A stretch of 64,000 bases of DNA from Bispira polyomma (GCA_965649765.1 OZ287756.1:1798001-1862000), one strand, 5' to 3'; shown: positions 1-13,700, counted from the stretch's first letter. The notes: generated by a model not told the origin, from the letters alone. Numbers and translations are program-made.

Positions 1-1385
1 CCATTTAAAAATCCAATTAATTGTAAATCAATTTAAAAAAGCAAAAGGGCTGAGATGATTTAATTTAGAGCCACAATTATTTTTGGAAATAAATAGATAG
101 ACTATTACGATGACCAGTCCAAGATCTTTTATTAAGTTTTGTACACTGAAAATTGTCGTCCGTTGTCATGTTGAAGTAGATTACACTTAACATCACACAA
201 AAATATAAATATGCACACATGTTTCTAATTTTATACAAGTACATATATCACTATTTACAGTCATTAAACATAATGTGCTATCATTAGGAATCTTTATTTA
301 CATAACATATGTTACTGTTCAGATTTACAGCAAGGGCAGTAAACAAGCAGATTTTAGTAAATGGGTGGAAGCTTTTCCGCACTATTTCAATGTAAGAAAT
401 ACATGATTTTTGTCATCAATTAAGTGTCAGTGATTATATTACTAATTTAATTGGTTGGGTTATGATCTACAGTAGTGTAGAAATTAGTATCACAAAGTAG
501 CTTGTATTAAGGAAAATGTAGGTGTGTCAGTGGTGCAGTTAGTGGTTGCTTTTTAGTTGAAACTGTGTGCTTATGATAACTTTTAAACCCAGGCCGAAAA
601 AAACCTTGTGTTGCATTTATTTATTAAAATAATGTAAGAGAGAGTGGTGTATACAAGATATATCGGTGTCTTATATGAGTGATCAAAAGGAGAAAGCGGC
701 ATTTGTGTTGTTTTCCTTGGGCAACTCTTCACTTCTTGAGATGGCCCCTGTCTGCAGTTTGATGATGATTTGGGCACCAGTTTGTTAAAACAAAAGAACT
801 GTTGAGTGATTTCAAAATTTTATTAAAAAGACTATTTAGTAGGACTTACCTGTTGCAGTACTGCAATGTCTTCCAGTGACAATTAATTGATGTACAATTC
901 ACCAAAATTTCAAATAAGATGTACAAGTAAATATTAAAACTCATATAACTATTGTATATACGATTTACATAAAAAAGCATTTAAAACTGCAATATATAAT
1001 TTATAATAAAGAATATATTGAAATTATTAAGTCAATGACTCCTATTTTAAGACATTGTTGAGACATACATACCATATTTAATCTATGAATATTTCTAGAA
1101 ATTCTTAAAACTTTTCAAAACACAAACAACTTTTTAATTATACCCTAACAATATTTTAGTTGTAATATTTATGGAGACATAACAGTTCAACAGTTTATAA
1201 CAATACCTAGATGAGACAAAAGTTTTATCAATACCTCATTTTTGGGGCTAACATTTTTGTGAAATCATGCAGGCACGCGCCTAAACAAAATCCAATTGTA
1301 CCAGAGAATGTTTTCATGTGAACCTTTGTATATATATACCAACAGTTTTGTCTGTGTCAATAAACTAGTTTTTTTGTCAAGCTTC

Positions 1386-1442
1386 TTTTTAGTTGAGACA
1401 GCTGTTAGCCATGTTTTTAGTTGAGACAGCTGTTAGCCATGT
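1386..1442. repeat. 28-bp perfect tandem duplication (TTTTTAGTTGAGACAGCTGTTAGCCATG x2)
   Basis: Directly visible. Confidence 0.85.
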
Positions 1443-2829
1443 GTAAGGCCCTAGCTGTAGAATAATGAACTCAAATTGTAGTTGTAAAACAATTTACTAC
1501 TCTTGAACAAGTTCTGCTCATGTAACCCACATATTCCAACATAGTGATCAGTTCTTGGCTGTTTGTTTTTTGTTTTACTAAATCTTTTGAGAATAAATAC
1601 AGTTTATTTTCTGCTTATTAAAACTTGTGCCCTATGGAAGGCTAACTTGTGTGTATAATATCACTGGTGAGACATATATATAAAAAATGTGTGTCTGCAT
1701 AAACACCAATATCTCAATAATTACTGAAGTTATCTACACCAAAAAAAATCTGAAACGACTTGAAGCCAAACAGGACATACTACCTAAATATGAGAAAACA
1801 ACTCCCCACCACTTCAGAGATCTGCTTGTCGACACAAACAAAAGACAAACCCATACTATAACATCCGCATACGTCACAGATAAAGAAGTACAGATATTGG
1901 TCATTTGAAAATTAAGTAAAAGCATTCGTACGTATACCACCACAGTGAAGGTATATCTTAATAACAAAAATAGCTTATAACACAATGTTTTGCGTTTGTC
2001 ACATAATTTGTATATATTTATCTTTACATCTAAATAAACATTATTACAACAGTTAAAGCTAACATGCTAAACATTTCAAAACATAATTGTCCACACTGAC
2101 CACTATTTATTGAATGTATCAAAAGAATAATTCTATTTCGAACAAAAGGGTTTTCCGATCTTCATATTTATCTTTTACACTTTTTGGTAAAAAATATAAA
2201 TTTAGCTTTTGTTTATTTTTAGAGCATTGAAATATGTAATGTCTTGTTATAATTTATATAATTTAGTGGCCAAAAATTATCATCTCTCCTGTGATTGCAG
2301 ATATTGACAGGTACAGCTATGCTGTATGTAGGAATGAGGGGACCTGGAAAGAGCGTAGTACCATATTGATTAATGAATGAAAATGGTCAGAGCTTACACC
2401 TACTCAAAACAACAAAGGTGAACGAAACAGGGAAGGGTTTGGCATTTGATCAAGAAACAATTATAGAATGAAACTATCAATTTAAATTAAAGAATGGACT
2501 TGCCCACAAAATCACATAAAACAAAATCTCTACGTCTATCAACGCCACAAAAATCTAACATATCTAGGGATTAGCTAGGCTGTGTATGTGTACCAAATTT
2601 GAGACCTCAACTCTTAACCACTTCTGTGGCCAATGCAATCCTCAGGGCTTTGACGATTCCTGGGATGTGCTGTACACATCGTTTGCTGACGAGTTTTATT
2701 ATTCACCCGTTTTCAGGTTTACCGAAGGATCAAGTCAAACTTGACTAAAAATAACAGTCAGACTGTGGACAAAGTATCTAGAGTTAGACCACTATTAATA
2801 TTAAATGTAGTTTAATGGTTTTTGCTACA

Positions 2830-4430
2830 GGGATGGCAGCGAGTGTTGAAGGTTGGATATTAGTGCCAAACACAATCGCTCTTTCAACCACCATGACTCT
2901 TAATTTTCTGTAAATCAAAATTGCGGTTAAACCCGAAGGTCGCGCCTGATGTGTGAAAAGTGTAAAAACGTAAAGGCTTGAGTGTCCAGCCCTATTTGTC
3001 TGAATATGTAAGACAAAGCTTGACGAACTTTGAATGCAGTGAGTTGATATCTTATGCCATGTTTATATAATCCAAACAACGGTATATCTCCATCCAAATT
3101 TTGCTTTAGCATCATAACTTCAAGGGTTGTAACTGGACAAGCAGATTTCCCAGGTAAGAAGGGAATCTGTACAATCTGATGTGAAGAAATGAGATCACAT
3201 TGTTGTACAATTTGCTGTATATTTTCAATTAAAAATATTCCTTTTAATTTTGGTTTGTAGACACTGTTGACATCCACAGATTTGATGAACAAATGAAATA
3301 AATTTCCTGATGCACAGGATGTCAGAATTAAGATCATATAATTTTAAAAAATGTCTCAGAACAGCAAAAAGAAGGCCCTATGAGCTTGCAATACTAATCA
3401 TTCAAAAAAAGATTAAAATAGAATCTAAAGCCTTGAAATCTAAGGCAAAATTGTTAGCAAAGGCTAAATAAAGTTTAAACCTTGTTTCATGAAGGATGAA
3501 CGTCCTGGACTTAAGTGAGAGGTATATTCTTGCATTAGCTTGTTTCAGCAACACATCAGTGATTGTAAGACATACAAAAGAAATTATATATTCTAGTCTG
3601 GGAAGAAGTAAGTATCACACCAAGCAAGGCCAAATAGTTATTGCAGCAATATGTCGGCTTTACCCGTATACCATCTGGAAATGCAATCAACATGTTTGTT
3701 GAGGCGACCTCTCACATGACAAAATGTAAAAGTTATGTCATGCTTAGCAGACAACAGCCATATTGTTCAGGCACAAGCCATAAGATATTTATTTTGCATA
3801 AGTTCAGGTTGTAAAGCAGAAACTACAGCAGCATTATCACACGAGGTGGTTACTCTCCTATGTGACCATTGTTTTTCCTAAACTCTAACTGCTATCAATA
3901 CATTTAAAATTTATAAGTGCACTATAGACAGGCAATCAATACTATAAAGAGGAAATGTGGCAGCATAAACCTGGTCATTGTAAACAGCTCCAAAACCACT
4001 TAACGAAGCGTCAACACAAGCTTCACAGTGTGACTTAAAGTTGCCAATGACCACTTTGTCATTAAAATCATCCAAAAAACATTGAACCATGCCAAGTCCT
4101 TGAAGAAAATTGGAGTCAAATTAACTCCATGATTATTTTTTGCAAGTTGCAGGGTTTGTAACATTCTGTTTACAAACAACCGTGCAAGTTAGATGCATCT
4201 GTGAATGCAAAGAAGACGTCCTAATAGGACTAACTTCCTGTTAGTCCAAATTTTACAATTGAAGTCAGACAATTTATCTTGGGAAGTAGAAATGATACCT
4301 GTCTCAATATTAACCTCAATACCCATACAAATAAGGACAATTTCTCTGGGTTTATAGGTAAACCAACGTAATTAAAAAGATCTTTAACATTTTAAATGCA
4401 CGTGACATAGAGTGTAATGTTTAATAACCA
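2830..4430 (-). mobile_element. Decayed DIRS-order (DIRS/Ngaro-like) tyrosine-recombinase retrotransposon: RT C-terminus, RNase H, YR
   Basis: Minus-strand translations with stops and frameshifts: GLPINPEKL..CMGIEVNIETG...LLGRLL...ARLFVNRML (RT); VDASLSGFGAV...IVHL*ILNVLIAVR...CDNAAVV...HVRGRLNKHVDCISRW (RNase H); CPVTTL...PLF...HTSGATFGFN...IKSHGG*KSDCVWH (YR catalytic region). Confidence 0.85.
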
Positions 4431-4869
4431 TGTTAAAAGACCAGACAATAAAAAAGCCAATTCTATTAAACTTTGGTTTCTACTGAACCGTGGTGCAAGC
4501 AACCACCTAACAGAAGGTATGGCTTTCATTTAGTTCTAATTTTGTACCATGTTTCATTGGATAGGGAGTCTTGGGGTAGAACGAATTGATCTCATTAGTT
4601 TTTAAATTTATAATAATCATGTAAAATATGGGGGGTCATAAAATTACTAGTTTAAACTTTTTATATGGGAGTCATACATTTCTCAGGTAAATGGTCATTT
4701 ATTTGGGATTGTGATCTCCATTAGCTATGTGCATTCATCGTAGACTGTAGTTTGACTTGCAAACATAAACTGGAACGTACCTGGCATCAATATATATCCA
4801 GCATAACAGGAGCAGGAGCCTCGCTGCGGTTAACCACATGCGGGTAACCACATGCTGGAACTCTCCGAA

Positions 4870-5870
4870 GATAGCCTTACACTAAGCTTGTTAATAAAAA
4901 CTGCTTGTGGAATTCAATAAAGAAAATACTCCACAAATCCTCTTTGATAATACTACCTGACTGCAGCTCAGTAGCAGACTTGGCCAACAAGTTCAAATTG
5001 TAAATTTTTTCTCAGAGAAAATAATCAAACTCAGGTCCAGCCTGTCATCATCCTCTGAGACCTCACCACACCTACTCACAAAACCAGCCTCGACAGAAAC
5101 ATCCTGAAATATTAGAGCTGTATCCAATTTGAGCTATGTCTCCAAACTCATTGAGAAAGCTGTGGCAAACAAATACACACCAGTCAGCATACAAATGCTA
5201 TCATTCAACTGAGACCGCCATGTTGAAAATTCAAAATGATATATCTGCCTCTGTCGACGATGGCAAAGCAGTAGCACTCACACTGTTGAACCTGTCAGCT
5301 GCCTTTGATACCATCGACCATACTATCCTCTTTAATTGTGTGACTGATTGCTTTGGCATTGATGGCACCATGCTTAGTTGGATTCGGTCATATTTACATC
5401 GTAGAAAGTTAAAAATTTGGGAATAAATTCACAGAAGCTTTTGCACTACCAGATGGTGTCCCATAAAGTTCTGTATGGGACACTCTTCTTTTCAACATGT
5501 ACACCACTCCCCGTTGTGAAATAATCGTTCAGTTTAACGTCACTCACCATCTCTATGATGATGACACACCAATATACTTAGCAATAGATGCAAGAAACTT
5601 AGATTTTAGCATATTAGAGTTGGCAGAATTCAACCCAGACAAAACCGAATTTATTACTATAGGTGACAATGCTACACGAGAGAGTTTCAAACCATTCTTC
5701 GAATCAGTCTCCTAAGGAACAATATGTCTAGTAAAGTTAAAAACCTTTGACCAACACAACTCATACAGTAGTCATGTAGCCAGTGTTTGCCAAGCCTGCT
5801 ACTACAGTCTATGCAATCTTGCCAGAATACACAGGTATGTCAGTCTTGAAATTGCAGTTCGGGTGGCTAA
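4870..5870 (+). mobile_element. L2/CR1-type LINE RT fragment (5' part, interrupted by the Harbinger)
   Basis: HQSAYKCYHSTETAMLKIQND...LLNLSAAFDTIDH, LYDDDT (decayed YADD), FNPDKTEFI. Confidence 0.9.
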
Positions 5871-6318
5871 AGCCGCTGTCACACTATGTTGACCAATCGG
5901 GATGAGACCCCAATAATGTGGTCGGGAGCAATCTTTGGCATTTTGCCCTAATTTTGGGAAAAAAGGGCGGGAAATTTTAGATTTTACGACTGTAATTGTA
6001 ATGGTTCCCGAGTCTTACGATAGGCCAGGAGCAAGGCCCGATAGATTGGGACAGATCAGGAATTTTACCAAAAAAAAATCCCCCCGATTGACAAAGATAA
6101 CTCGGAGCGATAGGTCGTTATCATCCCCGATAAGTCGGTATCTCAATCTCGATAGGTCGGTACCTCGATCCCAATTACGCGCTACCTCGAAGACATAGAT
6201 CTTGCAATTTTGCAATCGGGAGACATATGGAACCGCGCAATTCGCCTCGAAAACCCTATATATAGGGAGAGAGAACACAAAATCTAAACAGTTTTCATTG
6301 AAAAGTCAACTGGGCAAC

Positions 6319-6665
6319 ATGATACCCCAAAGGATTATAGATATTGGCCAAATTCTACAAGCTTTGTTAGCATTTATGCAAATGCAACTACTTGCACTTA
6401 GACATTTTCAAGGTCAAAAAGGAAGAAGAAGACAAAATCTCATACCAGCACCGAATCAGAATCAGGCTAATAATGTCGTGATCAGGAGAGCCAGAGCACC
6501 AAAGAGGTTCTGGGTGAACCCATTACTCAGTGATAGGGAGGACTACGGTCACTACTCTGCACTTCTACCACAGATGGAGGCACAAGATACACGGTTGTAT
6601 AGGAACTTTTTGAGGATGACCCTGGAATTTTTCCAAGAATTGGAGAGAAGGGTGGCTCCCAGGAG
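6319..6665 (+). pseudogene. Harbinger transposase N-terminal fragment (DDE core deleted)
   Basis: KRFWVNPLLSDREDYGHYSALLPQM...LYRNFLRMTLEFFQELERRVAP matches the Harbinger transposase N-terminus (R.WV.P....R...G....L......F.N..RM....F..L...V.P). Confidence 0.85.
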
Positions 6666-7689
6666 GTATAAAAGCTGGAGGTCCCATCTGGTGGGGGGGA
6701 AGGCTGTTGATGTGGCTGGACAGCGGCTGTTGGAGCTGATGGACCTGCTGCCCTTTCCTGGAGTGTGATTACTAGGTTGAAGGACTCCATCTTGAACTGT
6801 AGGAAGGAACGTTCTGGCAGTTTCTCCGTCTCTTTGCTTAACCAGTTCATATAGGCAGCTCTAGCTTCCTCATCTTTGGGTTTCTTTGCCTCCATCAGGA
6901 TCCCTGTAATAGTCTCTTGTATCTTCCCAATGGAATCTTTTTAATCAATGTTGAACTGACTCTCCTGCTTTTCTTGTCTCTCCTGGATAGGGGTAGAGGC
7001 TCTAAAGGCTGAAGACTTTGGTGAGGCCAAGTTTGATGACTCCATCTCGCCCTGGTCTGTGTCTGAGTGGGATAACGCAGGAGAATCCCCCCATGAGAGG
7101 TTGACGCGATTGCCTTGAATCATGCTGTCTTTGTGAGCTGGCGTCTGATATGTGGCTGGAGGAACGAGAACTTTGTCTTCACCCACTGCTGTCGATTGGT
7201 CATCTCTGGGGCAGCTTCTCCAGGCTTGGGCTCACTGAGCTTGACAAATATAGTCCTCTGGGATGTGAACCACTTCATGACTTCTAAGTAGTCCAATCCC
7301 TTGGTTGAGCAGTACGACTCCCACAGCATGACCTTCTTCTGAGTGTCTTTATACAGTGGATCGCGTTTATTGTAAATCCAGTCATGTTCCTTCAGGAAGT
7401 CCACCACATCCTCCTCCTGCTCATCCGTTAACAACACAGTCGTAATCTTCCCTTCTGCTGTCACCTACTGAAAGCGGCCACCTCATTGTCCGGGGTACCC
7501 CTACTATGCTGGGTATCCTGAGTATCCTGGGTGTACTCCATTTCCGCTACATTAAGAGTAGGCAGGCTCAACTGTTATAATTTCTGGTATAATCTCCTCA
7601 TCATCTGTATCCCTCCCTTCAAACTCCCTCCCCTCACCCTCTCTTTGTTGCACCTTCCTTTTCTTTGTAACTCTCCTTTTTCCTGGCAT
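6660..7689 (-). pseudogene. Harbinger accessory Myb/SANT-like (MADF) gene with BESS-like C-terminus, frameshifted
   Basis: ORF 7120..7464 (VVDFLKEHDWIYNKRDPLYKDTQKKVMLWE...KWFTSQRT...FSFLQPHI) is MADF-like; ORF 6527..6895 (AYMNWLSKETEKLPERSFLQFKMESFNLV) is BESS-like; basic N-terminus MPGKRRVTKKRK from ATG at 7689; pieces lie in different frames. Confidence 0.8.
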
Positions 7690-8663
7690 AATTGCAATAT
7701 TTTTTTAACTAGTATCACTTATTCTTTATAAGAAAAAAATAAAAGTCTGTTGTAATCATATAACATAAAACTTGCAAGTAGATGTTGACTCACTAAAAGC
7801 TGGGATGATTCTGATGAAAAACGAGTGTGCTGTCTTCCTTTTATACAGTCAGCTCCCCCCCCCCCCCCCCCATTGTTTCCCAAGTCATCGCTTTCACTCC
7901 CGAGTTATCTTTTGTTCCGCCAGACCTATCTTTAAATCCTCCCAAGTTATCTTTACACTCGGGGCTTCCTAACGACTTTTTGACCACTTGTCCCGAATTA
8001 TCTTTACAATTTGGAACTTGGTAACAACTTATCTTTATGACGTTCTCGAGTTATCTTTACACTCAGGGCATTTCTAAAGATCTATCCTTAACATTTGACA
8101 GGATAACTCAGGAGAAGTAGACGATAACTGGAAATGCTCCAGACCAATCGGGAGGGTGCTCCAGACCTATCGGGAAGGATTGGACAATTAATCTTTTACA
8201 AAATGGCAAATTTTACTCCCGATTTAGATGCCGATCGAGGTCGAGATCGAGGTCGTTATGAGGTTAAGATAACTCTTTAGCCACTTACAATTGACGCCTA
8301 TCTTTACAGTCGCGGCTTCCTAATGACTTATCAGCCGCTTCTCTCGGATTATCTTTACAATCGGGAACTTGGTAATGACTTATCTTTACAGTTGGGGGTT
8401 CTTTGCAATTTATTGGGAGGAATTAGACGAAAAATGGATAATTTTTTCCCGATTTTGATGCCGATTGGAAAGATAGGTTGTTATAAGGTTAAGATAACTC
8501 GTTAGCAGCTTAGAATTGACCCCAATTGACCCCGACCTATCGGTAGCAGAGGTTTTTTAACATGTTAGTTAATTTGCACGAGTGACTGCGAGTGTCCCGA
8601 TTGACCCCGATAATTTGGGACAACTCCCCAAGTGTCTCGATTGTTCTCCCGACAGCCACTTAA

Positions 8664-8725
8664 CGCAATGCTGAGCTAATGCAACTCCTTGCGGTACGGT
8701 ACAAATAAGGTAAATATATAGTCTT
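8664..8725 (+). mobile_element. Continuation of the L2/CR1 fragment after the Harbinger insertion
   Basis: (N)AMLS*CNSLRYGTNK, a decayed match to ANALVSSRLDYCNSLLYG. Confidence 0.75.
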
Positions 8726-10617
8726 GTAGAGTTTACAGACAGCTGCCTCTAAACTTCAGCCTTATTCGGCTTTCTGTGATCTCATCACTGTTACCATTCA
8801 GGGTGGAGTTATTACTGCCAGTACCGTTAGCGGATATGGTGGGTAAAGGGTATGTTAATGGTAGGGCTGGGTACGACAGGGCTATTTTTGACATTCATAG
8901 ATCTATTATAAAGCTTTAGTCATGACACACATTTAAGGTTATTCATCCCGGTGCGTATGTTTAGTTTAATCCCCTTTGAAATTTACCTAGATAGTAATTA
9001 AGTGTTTGAAATGGCTTCCTAAAAACATGTTGGTTGAAGTTGAAGTATATGTTAATTTAAAGCATTATGTGTTATTTATTACATAATAACATTCCTGGGT
9101 TTTGTGATTGTTTTCATTATTTACTTAAATGCCATTATTGGCTATCAGCAGTGGGTTTTTTCTATTATCATAAATAAAAACCTGAGACAACTTTATTTCT
9201 GCAATCAATGTTTTTCCTTTTCACTTGTAGTTTTTTTGTTTTTTTTTCTTTATAACGTTTTCTACAAACAACCTTGTGTGTAAGTAATTTAATTTCATCA
9301 CATTAATTTTATTCTTATTATGTTTTGGTCTGTGTTCGTTTGTATGTTGACCGTGGCCACCAGTGGTTGTTTATATTAAACAAAATAATATGTCATAATA
9401 CCTCTTTGGGCAACTTGTAAGTCACACACACCTTATTAGCTATACATTTTACACACCTTTTACTATGTTTCACCCAACTGGGTATTCCTTTAAACTAATA
9501 AAATGTTAATTATTATTATTATTACTTGTGTTTCACTTGACATGTGTTTGAGTATGATTGTTTTAAAGTAGTTAGTTAATGTGACCTTGACTGACCTTTA
9601 CTTTAGTTTTAAGTTAAAAGTCCACATTTAGTAGCTGTCCTTTTATGCTGCAACTAAACTAAGATCTCAGTGCTTAGGCTGCAAAACTCTCATGTTGCTC
9701 ATGTTGTTCCAGCTCTACAGTTTATCTCGGCAGGTGTTAAGAACAGGGGATGTTCAGGTATAACTCCACTACGTTTACTTAAACATCCAAACTAGTATGC
9801 TGATTTAGCATAATTTAGACAGTACTTAGTTCAGGGAATGCGAGTTGTATGACTTAGAAATGTAATTGGAATTTCCAGGTGGTTAGGGACAGTTCGTTGG
9901 CCTGCAACCAAAGAGAGAATAGCCTACAGTAAGGTTTCAGTAGGTTTGGTCATTTCCGGTTACTAAATTTTACCAATATCAGATTGTTCTCAATGCAACA
10001 CAGGAGTATTTTGTATGTTGTCACAACCGGATCTCACAGATCATTTGCTGTTAAACACTAATTTGCCTATTTTTACAAAATGTTATTTTAGTATGGGTGC
10101 GCAAGGTGAACCAGAGAACAGTAAGTTTCACCTTGGTTAAAATGGCCATTAATCATGGCTTTCTTGTGTGGTTTATGTATCTCAGGAACTACTTAATTTG
10201 TCACAGAAGGGCAAAATTATTCATTAATGAATATAGGTGTGAAATGTTACATCTTGAGATGATATTTTTCAAAGCCTATATATATAGGAGGACACAATTT
10301 GTAAAATGTTGTTATTGGAAACATTTGTATAACATCAAATGGATGACACATACCCTCTGGAAAAGAACAATACCCATTGATATCATTGGCCGTCAACCGA
10401 AGGAATTAATTGTATGCTCATATCTTGTGCAAGAATTTCATCCCCCAAGACCATTTTGGCTTGATAGATTAGAGGTACACACTTAAACAGTAAGGGTTAA
10501 CAATTAAACTTTTAGTTTTGTATTCAAAACAGAGTGCTTGTAAATGAAATGTTATCTTAATTCTCAGGGAGACTATTCAGTGGATAATGCTTTAATGCAT
10601 TAGAGAGACCATATACA

Positions 10618-10797
10618 CAGTAGAACCGCTCTTAACTGAACTTCTATTATCCAAAAATATTATTTTATGAAAACCTTTCCACTTTCCCAAATTTTTGTCT
10701 TGATATTATTTTCTGCTAAGATGTCCTTAGTTTGTATGAATCTTCTATTATACAAACAAAATTTTTCTCTTTCAATATGTTCTAGAGGGTTCGACTG
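10618..10797. mobile_element. Small Tigger/pogo-like MITE remnant
   Basis: Imperfect inverted ends CAGTAGAACC / GGTTCGACTG. Confidence 0.45.
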
Positions 10798-13700
10798 TGT
10801 GTGTATATACATGTCAAATAGACACTTAATCTCCATTTAATCTCCATACTGGTAGAGATAAAACTCAACATCTAAATTCAGGAAGAATCTTGCATCCAAG
10901 AAAGCAGCAAGTGATTGCTAGTAAAAAAAAATCTATGGTGGTCCACTCCACTGAATAAAATGCTATATTCATACACAAATTTTTATTAATATAATCAATT
11001 GAACAGGATTAACATTTAAGCCTTGCTAAACATTAAAGTATACATTTATAAAACAGTAGTGCCCTGTAAACCCCCCCCCCCCCCTCCCAAAAAACAACAA
11101 CAAAGAAACAAAACAAAAAAAACAGTAAATAAGAACAACAGTTAAATTTAGTAATTTTTTTACGTCACGTTCAACTTCTTAAGGTACATCAGCCTTACTC
11201 AATGATGGAACAAACCAGTCCTAAGCCACTGATCTGCATTAAGTACCTGACAAACTGTTTAACATAAAGGTTTAAAATGCACACTGGGAAGAGACCAGTT
11301 ATTGTGAAGCAGGCGCTTCTAACTAATAGGCCAATGTAGCTTAATAAACAGTAGAACCTGTATTTTTTAAAAATACAATTATCAGTGCACTTATAACAGG
11401 AATTCAGTGACCGATGGTCACATACCTTCTATGAGCTGTAACAAACCAACAGACAGAAATTTAAAAAAATGTTGTTTTACTGATGGCCCGGTCACAACTA
11501 CACGGAAACTGTCTTCAGTTGTGTTTGACTGTAGTGCTCAGTATCATTGTAAAAATGTGTCTATTATGACCTAATTTTCAATGTTTGACCTCGTTCATGT
11601 CCAGGAACATCTAGTAACATTACTTAGTTATCTGTCACAACAAATTTGAAATCTAAAGCCACTTAGTAATAGGAATACTTAAGTTCATTGTATATTCATG
11701 ATGGTTTGGTGACGAATTAGCCACCAGATCGAAATGGAACAAACACAGCTTATCATTGCTTACTAATAGGATAGCTACTTATTGCTACTTAATATTACTT
11801 ACTCCTACTTAATGCTACTTCGGTGAAACTTTTTGTGACAAATACAGAAACAGAAAGCTCTGCCACAATTATTTCAAACAGTCTGAAATAATTATAACAA
11901 GGACAAAATGTAGACGATTCTAAAACAACCTATTATATCAGGAAATGTTCACACAAGGAATACTAACTTTGTGATACTTTATACAACATTATAAAACATT
12001 GTACAGTCGTAGCTCTTTAACGTGAAGAGGCGACAGGGGCATAAAACCCTGGTCAAAACGTGTACATCTTTATACACAAACTGTTCTGAAGCTATGCTAG
12101 ACATATTTCTACACATGTGATGACATAATTGTCCACATACCCCAACATTAAATTTAAATTCCGAGCAAACATTAAAAGGTTTTAAAATGATTTGCGAAAT
12201 ATTTTAATAAAACAAAGCAAAAGAAGCATCCAGTGACTGATTTGACCAGTCACATACTTGTTTCACTAAGAGCAAAGTAGACATTAACGGTATGCAGCTG
12301 ACTAGTTTGTTATGTGTATGCGTGAAGCGCTCAATTTCTGGTCCCCATAATTGAGTTTGATATCTTATCATGAAACAGTAAAAAAGTGATGAAAACTCAA
12401 AAAGAAAAATATAAAATAAGGATTAATTTAATTAAAATCTACCATTTTCGACTGGTGGCCGAATTATTACAAACAAAGCAATCATTTCCAAATCCAATAT
12501 TTTTGTTTTCTTGTCAGTTGTTACAGATTTTGGGTTTAAAAAAAACGGGTCGAAGGTGTGGTAGGTCGAAACCTATAGTATTCCTTCAAGAATACAAAAA
12601 AGAAATGGTCGAGGAAATAAAGTTCTATCGCCCAACTTTCTTTTCAAAATTTATTATATAATATTCTTTATACATAAATATAATTTTGACCTAAGAGACA
12701 CAAAAATAATTAAGCAAGATATTTAGTTCATTTTTAGAATATTGACAACACTTACTGTCCCTCATAAAATACAAATCAACTTTGTTGAATAATCACTGAG
12801 CCATACAAAGGCATGTAAAATCTCTTAAATAATTTTTCTTTGTTTTTGACTTACACCATTTAAAGTTACACATTAGACCATTAAAAGCTATATTCAATTT
12901 TGATATGACATCCATATCATTATACGGTTCCTTTTCAGGACCTATGACATTCCCTAGATGGTATGTCTTACTGACAGATTTATAAAAATATTTTGATATT
13001 TAATCCCAGGGGGAGAACTTTGAATACCATGTACATATGGTAAAAACTGATGCTTCTCAGGGTTGAACATAACATTGTATTCCATTTAACACTGACTCCA
13101 TTTAACACAAAAGAATATGTGTCATTTTACTACATATTTATATAGAAGGAACAAAATCCTTAAATCCCTAAAAAAGAGTTTTCCGCTCCAAAGTCCGCAA
13201 TTTTACCAGTACACCACCAAAGCTACACTTAAAGCTAGACAGTGTACTCAGCGAGTATGGGACGCATTTTAATTTTGTAAAAAGTTTCAGAAAGTGTATA
13301 AATTTATGGACATATTAATCTTTAAATTGTAGCTTTGCTGGTAATGTTGTGGTGGCGTTTCAATTTCATAAACAATGCCTTGTTTTAGTAATACCTCTAG
13401 GTAGGCGGAGTCGTGGCTCATGACGATATATATGGAAGAAAAAATATGTGAATATATAGGTTAGCTTGAGTTCGGCTTTATGTCAAAAACAAAGAAAACT
13501 AATATTTCTAAAGAAAAAAGTCATACTCATATATATAGAAACACATGCCTTATATATAATATTTATACCACACCCTCAAAATGGTAGTTGTAATAAAAAT
13601 ATTTAAAGAAAGCAGCATCAGCAATAAAATAACAATTTATCTACATTAATTCACAACTATATTCTAAGAGACATATATGTTTACAGAAAAAAAAATAGAA

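Larger units (their letters stand above)
5871..8660. mobile_element. Internally deleted PIF/Harbinger DNA transposon with TAA target-site duplication
   Basis: TAA at 5868-5870 and 8661-8663; left end AGCCGCTGTC, right end GACAGCCACT; removing the element rejoins the LINE codons V-A-N-A-M; carries convergent transposase and MADF remnants. Confidence 0.88.

Noticed and set aside
1-2800. Short ORFs (583..777, 1687..1908, 1734..1985) as a neighbouring gene
   Set aside because: AT-rich, no recognisable motifs and no consistent exon chain.
6527-7464. Domesticated host MADF-BESS transcription factor gene
   Set aside because: Lies inside a TSD-bounded Harbinger and is broken by several stops and frameshifts.
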